A stretch of DNA of 31,811 nt from Candidatus Saccharimonadota bacterium. GTDB taxonomy: Bacteria; Patescibacteriota; Saccharimonadia; Saccharimonadales; JAQGGX01. The translations under genes and the position numbers were made by a program. Positions 25,830 through 31,811 of this stretch are shown in pieces; the first letter of the stretch is position 1, and the number at the start of each line of letters is the position of its first letter. A model generated the notes under the pieces. That model had not been told where the DNA came from. It was given only the letters and a program-made list of their open reading frames with translations, and made no database searches. Where the stretch lies: the NCBI GenBank assembly GCA_028289075.1, contig JAQGGX010000058.1:1-31811 (forward strand), read 5' to 3'.

Positions 25830-26083
25830 GGACACTCCTGATTGTGTAAGATTTTAATGTAAGTATACGCCGCTTTGCTTTAGTAGTTTAGCGACAACTA
25901 TTTTTAGAATGATTAATTCGCGCTCTGCTCTCGAGGAACAATATTATTGTTATGCGGAGGCTCAACAAGTAGTCTCACTTTTTCATAAGTGAAGATATTC
26001 GCTGCATTAAATCCCGAAAACAGAAAAACTATTGTTACTAGCCGATGACGGCGCCACATCACAAAACAATTAAGGACCAACTC

Positions 26084-26530
26084 ATGACAATAACAAGTAC
26101 AGCGTTTCAACATAACGGATACATTCCGAGGAAGTACACCTGCGATGATGCAAACATCAATCCACCGCTAACATTTTCTGAAATTCCTGAAGATGCTCGA
26201 AGCTTAGTGCTCATCATGGATGATCCGGACGCGCCATCGGGGCAGTTTACCCACTGGCTGCTATATGACATCTCTCCGGCAACCCTACAGATAGCGGAAA
26301 ATGCTGCTCCTGAAACAGGCACCATTGGAATGAACGACTATGGCAATATTGGCTACGGCGGTCCCTGCCCGCCACAAGGAACGCACCGTTATGTTTTCAA
26401 ACTCTATGCACTCCAGTCAGTGCTGAATCTGCCCGAGGCTGCATCGCGCCAGGAAATCGAGACGACCACGCAAGGTCAAGTCATAGAGACAACAGAACTC
26501 ATTGGCCTGTATCAAAGATCCTCAAAATAG
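26084..26530 (+). CDS. YbhB/YbcL family PEBP/Raf-kinase-inhibitor-like protein
   Basis: DDPDAP, FTHW, GYGGPCPP, HRYVF; start 26084 after AAGGA. Confidence 0.95.
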   Translation: MTITSTAFQHNGYIPRKYTCDDANINPPLTFSEIPEDARSLVLIMDDPDAPSGQFTHWLLYDISPATLQIAENAAPETGTIGMNDYGNIGYGGPCPPQGTHRYVFKLYALQSVLNLPEAASRQEIETTTQGQVIETTELIGLYQRSSK

Positions 26531-26560
26531 CCTCGCAGATTACTTACCTGCTGTACAAGC

Positions 26561-26974
26561 TCAGCTACCCTGCAGATATGTTCTAACGAATTCACCTGGT
26601 GTCATTACGGTAAGTCCGGTTTGGTTTTTGGTGCCGAGAAGATCATCATCATTCGTTACGATGATTGCGCCCGTGTCTTTGGCAAGCGCCGCAAACTTTC
26701 TATCGTCTCTGTCTTTGACTGTATCTTTGAATGCTTCCGGCGCTATTTTTGTATGATGCTTCACGGAGCCCTGAAAGAGTTTCTCGAATTTTGGCCACTT
26801 TTTTCTAGTCATAGGTATCTGCGTTACTAACTTCTGCGTCTCGTGTTTAGTCTTTTCGTCCCATACGATTTTGAGTGTACCTTCTTGAGCAGCTTCAATA
26901 ACCTGTGCCGCCGAACTATGTGGATTAAAGGCAGCAGCGATAAATACGTTTGTGTCTATGACGACGGGTTTCAT
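26561..26974 (-). CDS. PIN-domain ribonuclease-like protein (PIN_3 type)
   Basis: VVIDTNVFIAA, DRDDRKF, IVTNDDDLL; start 26974 after GGAGG. Confidence 0.9.
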   Translation of the reverse strand: MKPVVIDTNVFIAAAFNPHSSAAQVIEAAQEGTLKIVWDEKTKHETQKLVTQIPMTRKKWPKFEKLFQGSVKHHTKIAPEAFKDTVKDRDDRKFAALAKDTGAIIVTNDDDLLGTKNQTGLTVMTPGEFVRTYLQGS

Positions 26975-27111
26975 GACATCCTCCATGCAACCAGTATAGA
27001 AAATTAAGACAAATGTGTAACGGAATTTCCGGCTCCCGAAAAATCACACTAACCTCATATATTGTTATATATCTCATATGCCTGTGTGCAGAGCGTCATA
27101 TACTTACCGGC

Positions 27112-27807
27112 ATGAACTTACGTATCACAACGCTTAATCTTCAAGGATATGTCGAGTGGGAAGCGCGGCAGAAATCTATTGCCGAATACCTGCAGGCAAC
27201 AAGTCCGCATATCGTTCTGTTTCAGGAAGTAGTCTTCATACCTGAGCTTTGGCCATATAACCGAGCATCGATGCTCACCCACGCACTCAAATACTCATAC
27301 GAAGATAGTGCTGTCACACGGCTTCAGGACAGCTCCGAGTATGCCGATCACCGTGAGGGGCTAGCGACACTCAGTGAGCTTGCAATTGTTCGGAGCGAGA
27401 TTCTCGTGCTGAAGCAAGCTCCGAATGATCGATATCAACGAATCGTGCAACTGTTGGATTTTGTGCACAATGAGGTGGATATCATCAAGGTTGCCAATGT
27501 TCATTTATCTACCGAAGATCATATTGCCAGGACGCACTTGGAAGAACTACTGAGCATACTTGCAGCACGCGGGGAAACACGAATCATCGGTGGTGACTTC
27601 AATATGCAACATCTGAACGATCACTCCGATCTTTGGCAGGACAAATATACCGCTTCGTCAAGCGAACCATACATTAGTTTCCCTGAGGGCAATCAGCAGA
27701 TTGATTATTTCTTAGTGCCAAAAGAGTACCAACTCGCAGGCGTCTCTACGTCTCCTGATGGATTATCCGACCACCGTGCCGTAACGGTCAACATTGTCCT
27801 CGGGTAG
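27112..27807 (+). CDS. Endonuclease/exonuclease/phosphatase (EEP) family protein
   Basis: TTLNL, FQEV, NVHL, GGDFN, IDYF, SDHRAV; start reassigned from 27013 to 27112. Confidence 0.92.
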   Translation: MNLRITTLNLQGYVEWEARQKSIAEYLQATSPHIVLFQEVVFIPELWPYNRASMLTHALKYSYEDSAVTRLQDSSEYADHREGLATLSELAIVRSEILVLKQAPNDRYQRIVQLLDFVHNEVDIIKVANVHLSTEDHIARTHLEELLSILAARGETRIIGGDFNMQHLNDHSDLWQDKYTASSSEPYISFPEGNQQIDYFLVPKEYQLAGVSTSPDGLSDHRAVTVNIVLG

Positions 27808-27820
27808 TTCAAGCTAAACA

Positions 27821-27855
27821 CAAAAAGACCTGGGGCAAAAGCTCAGATCTTTTTG
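27821..27855. terminator. Bidirectional terminator between convergent genes
   Basis: CAAAAAGACCTGGGGC-AAAA-GCTCAGATCTTTTTG imperfect stem with A/T tails on both sides. Confidence 0.7.
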
Positions 27856-27866
27856 ACTGGATGAGC

Positions 27867-28037
27867 CTAACGGCTTCGTTGCTGGTTGCGGGCGTCGTCT
27901 GCTTCTATGGCCAGCACAATGAGGTCTGCCCTGTTAGTATTAGGATCAACACCACCGCCAATGAACGCAACCAAATCAGCGTCGCTCATATCGTTAAATC
28001 TATCGGTACTACCGCTTCTATTATCACCATTTCCCAT
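27867..28037 (-). CDS. Small acidic hypothetical protein (56 aa)
   Basis: Hand translation MGNGDNRSGSTDRFNDMSDADLVAFIGGGVDPNTNRADLIVLAIEADDARNQQRSR*; strong SD GAGGAGGT; ends at the bidirectional terminator. Confidence 0.7.
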   Translation of the reverse strand: MGNGDNRSGSTDRFNDMSDADLVAFIGGGVDPNTNRADLIVLAIEADDARNQQRSR

Positions 28038-28277
28038 ACACACCTCCTCTTCTTAAAGGTATTCTCAGGTTAGCAATGCTTGGCCGACAAGTCAGCCTGA
28101 TAATTCGCAACCTTCGCATATGTGGATTGCATCAGTAATATATGTATAATAAGCGTATTATGGCTTTTGCAACTATAACCATGGCCAACACTTGCATGAT
28201 GCGACGCACCGCTCGCATGTCTTGTATGTATACATACTAAATCTCTTAATTATTCTCCCCTAACTTACAAGACAAAG

Positions 28278-28796
28278 GTGTATCCAGAAATGGAATTTGG
28301 TAATAGAGGGCCTCAACCCTTAGACAATGTGAACGTTTTAAAAAAGAAAGTAGTAATCGAGCCGCTCTTAGCGGATTATGTCCATCGACCGGTTCAGGAA
28401 AGCTTTAACTGGCACAAGATCCTGAACGACGTACGAGGCCAGCGCGGGCTGCCGACGAATGAACCTATCTATTTATTTGTCTTCCGCTCTCTTAGAAAAC
28501 CGGATTTAACAGCTGAAGATATTCAGCTGCTGACAGACTGGGACGCTGCTGCCCATGTAGCCGCAGAAGAAGCTGACGGCTTCCTCGCCTACTTTGGTGG
28601 CGAACCAGATGAACATGGCGCGTGTATATCATTCTGCTTGTGGAGGAGCCGCGAAGCTGCGTTAGCGGGTACTGCTCATCCCGATCACCAAACTGCTGCT
28701 CGACTTATAACAATGTATGCCGCGCATGACACTGAGCGCTACGACATTCCTGTCTACTATCCGCACAAATTTGATGCGCGGCCATACGCGCGTTAA
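28278..28796 (+). CDS. Dimeric alpha-beta barrel (ABM/UPF0643-like) protein
   Basis: FVFRSLRK...AHVAAEEADGFLAYFGGEPD...SFCLWRSREAA...HPDH. Start 28278 or 28290. Confidence 0.65.
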   Translation: MYPEMEFGNRGPQPLDNVNVLKKKVVIEPLLADYVHRPVQESFNWHKILNDVRGQRGLPTNEPIYLFVFRSLRKPDLTAEDIQLLTDWDAAAHVAAEEADGFLAYFGGEPDEHGACISFCLWRSREAALAGTAHPDHQTAARLITMYAAHDTERYDIPVYYPHKFDARPYAR

Positions 28797-29446
28797 GTGC
28801 CGAGAATGCTGACAGACCTAGCGACGACAAGCGCGAGCGTAAACACCGAGATCAGTGCCTGAGAAGCCATTAACAGCTTTGATGCGTGCGTCAAGGGACG
28901 TGCATCGGCAGCCGCAAAGTTAATTGCATTCGTAACCGACAAGTACAAGTAATCAAGAAATGCTGGCTGCCAGTCAGGGAATTCATCTTTCATATCCTGC
29001 TGGGTAAACTGAAAATCTTTGTCTTCTTTTGACCAACGCTTGCGCGTCATGCCAGGACTATCAATCTCCCAATACCACAGTGCGTAGACAATAATGTTAG
29101 TCATAAAGATCGCGATCGCCGATGAAAGTAACTCTAGACCACTGACTGAAGCATGACTCACAACGAGTGAGTTCAGTACCAATACAAGTGAGCTGATATT
29201 CGCCACCGATATCAACGCCAGCAACGTTAAAGCAAACGTATGGTGGAGACCCCGTTCATGGCTCCTGCGCCGGTTAACTGTAAAGCCAATCAGTATAGCT
29301 AGAATAATTTCGATCGGAATTATGAATGACTGCGGTCCGACAAGCAGCTCATGATTAAGTCTTGATACTATGACCTGTAATGCGATAGCGATGAACAGCC
29401 CCATTTGCGCTTGGACTAATTCTCGTCTGGAAATTTTGTGTAACAT
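28793..29446 (-). CDS. DUF1345 family membrane protein
   Basis: WYWEID, DFQF, WQPAFLDYLYLSVTN...D. Confidence 0.85.
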   Translation of the reverse strand: MLHKISRRELVQAQMGLFIAIALQVIVSRLNHELLVGPQSFIIPIEIILAILIGFTVNRRRSHERGLHHTFALTLLALISVANISSLVLVLNSLVVSHASVSGLELLSSAIAIFMTNIIVYALWYWEIDSPGMTRKRWSKEDKDFQFTQQDMKDEFPDWQPAFLDYLYLSVTNAINFAAADARPLTHASKLLMASQALISVFTLALVVARSVSILGT

Positions 29447-29506
29447 GTTAGTAACCAGTCTAACGAATCACGCGGCAAATTTATAGCCGTTTTAAAATTG
29501 TCCGTT

Positions 29507-30484
29507 CTACTGCTTACGTATAATGCTGTCTGCTTTTATTATAATCTCTGGAAAAATATCTAGTATCGTAGGAATCAGCCCTGCTACTTGGACCGCAGGA
29601 CAGCCCAGCCGCTTTTCTCTGAGAAGTTTTTGCCCATCTATGCCCCTCCCGTCTTCCAAAGGCGGTGGAGTTGAAGCTAGTTTATTTCTAATAAAGGTTG
29701 CATTCTTGTCAACATCAAGACCCAGTACTACGTGCAATTCTCCTCCCTTGATCTCATCTATCCGTAAGCCCGCGCAGTTAACGGCAACTTTGAGTGTTAT
29801 AAGACTACGTAACGCATCATTATCGACAATACCGGCGATGTACGGCGATGTACCGTCCGCAGCCATATCACCGCCCTTTAGCTTGAGGACGTGTTTCATT
29901 ACCAGCGCTATGCCACCCGTTGCACTTACCCCTATCACCTGAGCTAGACAGTTGCCGTCGGGTATTCGATTCACTCGAGAATCCCGAGAATCAGCCGATT
30001 GAGCCGTAAAGACCGAGAGTGGCGACGAGTCATCTAAATTCCTTGCGATATTTATAACGGCAAGCGTTTCGGTAAGGAGGCGAATTCCACGCGGGAGCTG
30101 ACTACTCGCATCTTCAGCCAGTGATACGAAGGACATCCCCATCATTTCACTCCCTATGTCATCGACTCGCACTCCGCGTCCCTCTGGCGAGACCAAATTG
30201 CGCCACCGAACCAAACTGACAGCAGCTTTGTCGACAACTCGCTGACGTATCTCTGGCCGTTGCAGCGCACGTGCCACTCCGCACATAACAAGGCCGCTGC
30301 CGTAATAATAGTTTGTTTCAAGTGCTTCATCGCCCAGTGTGTTTACGGAGTCATAAATTGCTTCTACGTGTTCGGGGAATATAACAGCTCGGTCTGCCAT
30401 GCTCTGTGCATGCGCAGCTAAACTTTCCCACTCAATGGGAACTTCACGCCTGTATTGAACGGTGTCCGTAGAGTCTTGTGACAT
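29507..30484 (-). CDS. Hypothetical protein
   Basis: 325 aa open frame; no family recognised; C-terminal LGCPA motif. Confidence 0.75.
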   Translation of the reverse strand: MSQDSTDTVQYRREVPIEWESLAAHAQSMADRAVIFPEHVEAIYDSVNTLGDEALETNYYYGSGLVMCGVARALQRPEIRQRVVDKAAVSLVRWRNLVSPEGRGVRVDDIGSEMMGMSFVSLAEDASSQLPRGIRLLTETLAVINIARNLDDSSPLSVFTAQSADSRDSRVNRIPDGNCLAQVIGVSATGGIALVMKHVLKLKGGDMAADGTSPYIAGIVDNDALRSLITLKVAVNCAGLRIDEIKGGELHVVLGLDVDKNATFIRNKLASTPPPLEDGRGIDGQKLLREKRLGCPAVQVAGLIPTILDIFPEIIIKADSIIRKQ

Positions 30485-30566
30485 TTGCTATATTATAACA
30501 TAATATGTCAAGTATATCAATCGAGTGTACTTTGCGATGATAGGCTTAATGCTTATACTCATAGGG

Positions 30567-30998
30567 ATGGAAATTGCTTTACTTACTCTACTCGGCGCGC
30601 TGTTCTATTCGATGTTTATCATCTTTGCGGGCCTTTCTGGTGGCAAGATAAATGACTGGCTCGCCGCAGTTATGTTCAACGGCATTGGTAGCCTCGTACC
30701 CCTAGCTATATACCTCGCATCTTCAGCCAAAGGCAAAACTACCTGGAAAGGTGTTGTTTATGCCGGTATTGCTGGCGTTGGCATCATGCTCTTTTCAATT
30801 GTACTGGCGCGCATCTTTAGCCGAGGTGGCAATATATCTTTTGTCGCACCGGCAATTTACGGTACCGTTATCATGCTAACAAGTGCTTTTGGCTGGTTAG
30901 TCCTTAAGGAAAAAGTTACCGGGCTGCAGGGCTTAGGACTTGCACTGATTCTCGTTGGCGTGATCTGCGTTATAGCCGCAAAGCTTCGTACTGCCTAA
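30567..30998 (+). CDS. Single-domain DMT/EamA-like membrane transporter
   Basis: About five TM segments, LVLKEKVTGLQGLGLALILVG; start reassigned from 30525 to 30567. Confidence 0.85.
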   Translation: MEIALLTLLGALFYSMFIIFAGLSGGKINDWLAAVMFNGIGSLVPLAIYLASSAKGKTTWKGVVYAGIAGVGIMLFSIVLARIFSRGGNISFVAPAIYGTVIMLTSAFGWLVLKEKVTGLQGLGLALILVGVICVIAAKLRTA

Positions 30999-31001
30999 AC
31001 C

Positions 31002-31811
31002 CTATGGTTCCTGGGAGTAGTGCGTTTCGAGATACTGGAGATGTTTGTTTCGGAACTTGTGGAATTCAGATTTTTTAAAGCCGATGCGTTTGATGAATGT
31101 ACTGATCTTCTCTGAACCAATGAAGTGCGGCATCATGACGTACGCCGCGCCCAGCCCATACAATTCACTCGCCTGCGACGCGGTCTCGGCAGAAGAAATC
31201 AGTACCGCTTGGGGATTATTCACATGCAACCAGTGAGCCAGGAATTCATTGGTCTTGTAGTCAGAAATCGTTGAGACAACCAACTTACTGCGATCGAGCT
31301 GGAGTTCTTCGATTAGCTCAGGGTCAGTAGCATCACCATAAAGGACATTCACCTTTTGAGCCTCTAAGAGCTCTATTGCCTCCGGGTCATAGTCAACCAC
31401 AACGAACCGTTTGTTCATGGATTTGAACGTACGGATAAACTCCTGCCCACCCTTACGGTAGCCAAATATAACAATCGGATATCCATGTACGCCGCCTGGC
31501 CGTTCATAGTCTAGTACTCTTCGCTCAAAGAGGCGCAGGTACCGCTCTAGCTTCCCGTACAATGTATCGTCATATTTCATAAGATAGGCAGACAGCGCAA
31601 AGGTAATGAGTGCAACAAGCGAGATAACTGCCTGAACCTTTTCAGAAACCCTACCCGAGGCGACTGCTGCAACGACAAATACTAATGAAAACTCACTCAC
31701 CTGACTGAGTGATACCGCAGTTTTGAAACTGGACCGTTTCGTATAACCGAGTAGTCCTAGGCTCATCATGACGATGAGCGGCTTGAAAAGCATGACAATG
31801 CCGCTAAACAC
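31002..31811 (-). CDS. CPA2/KefC-like cation:proton antiporter with TrkA_N domain, C-terminal part (5' end outside window)
   Basis: LSQVSEFSLV, then VIFGYRKGG, VVDYDPE and YGDATD (RCK domain). Confidence 0.92.
   Translation of the reverse strand: MFSGIVMLFKPLIVMMSLGLLGYTKRSSFKTAVSLSQVSEFSLVFVVAAVASGRVSEKVQAVISLVALITFALSAYLMKYDDTLYGKLERYLRLFERRVLDYERPGGVHGYPIVIFGYRKGGQEFIRTFKSMNKRFVVVDYDPEAIELLEAQKVNVLYGDATDPELIEELQLDRSKLVVSTISDYKTNEFLAHWLHVNNPQAVLISSAETASQASELYGLGAAYVMMPHFIGSEKISTFIKRIGFKKSEFHKFRNKHLQYLETHYSQEP

Noticed and set aside
264-31236. Numerous 60-183 aa ORFs overlapping well-supported genes (e.g. 264..815, 1833..2336, 4281..4775, 9642..9926, 11741..11929, 14446..14667, 27861..28073, 29523..29942)
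   Set aside because: Antisense or out-of-frame shadows with no motifs or SD; the overlapping real genes or RNA elements explain the sequence.
1-31811. Stop-codon reassignment (UAG or UGA) in the host
   Set aside because: Recognisable genes are full length in code 11 and many end at TAG (e.g. 16597, 17267, 26530, 27807) or TGA at family-typical positions.

Overview
Gene-dense bacterial chromosome segment read in standard code 11. Gene content and style suggest a Patescibacteria/CPR genome, probably Saccharibacteria (inference, not tested). Left end (1-3503): a minus-strand cluster of secreted proteins, with two related beta-rich subunits plus DUF916/DUF3324-like membrane-anchored protein(s). 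Next come CorA, an AUR1/PAP2-like membrane enzyme and a methyltransferase. The main feature is a tRNA-Gln(CUG) at 7403-7476 heading a ~7 kb array with no integrase. Direct repeats beginning in the tRNA 3' end (7469, 8567, 9626, 12014, 14351) separate 1.1-2.4 kb cargo units: GH-like protein; epoxide-hydrolase-like; DUF4082 remnant + SDR/TetR; ABC-2 transporter + Xre. Repeat identity falls with distance from the tRNA. The locus also holds an inverted anti-repeat in the tRNA leader and up to three decayed tRNA-Gln copies, one with a CUA anticodon and an 86-nt structured insert in the T-arm. The remainder is mostly ordinary accessory and housekeeping genes: receiver protein, DUF1697, two isochorismatase-like proteins, a DEAH helicase, RsgA, ATP-grasp, RRM, DUF2267, a Drr-like ABC pair, YbhB, PIN, EEP, DUF1345, DMT and a partial KefC-like antiporter. 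All family calls come from motif recognition by eye; no searches were run.
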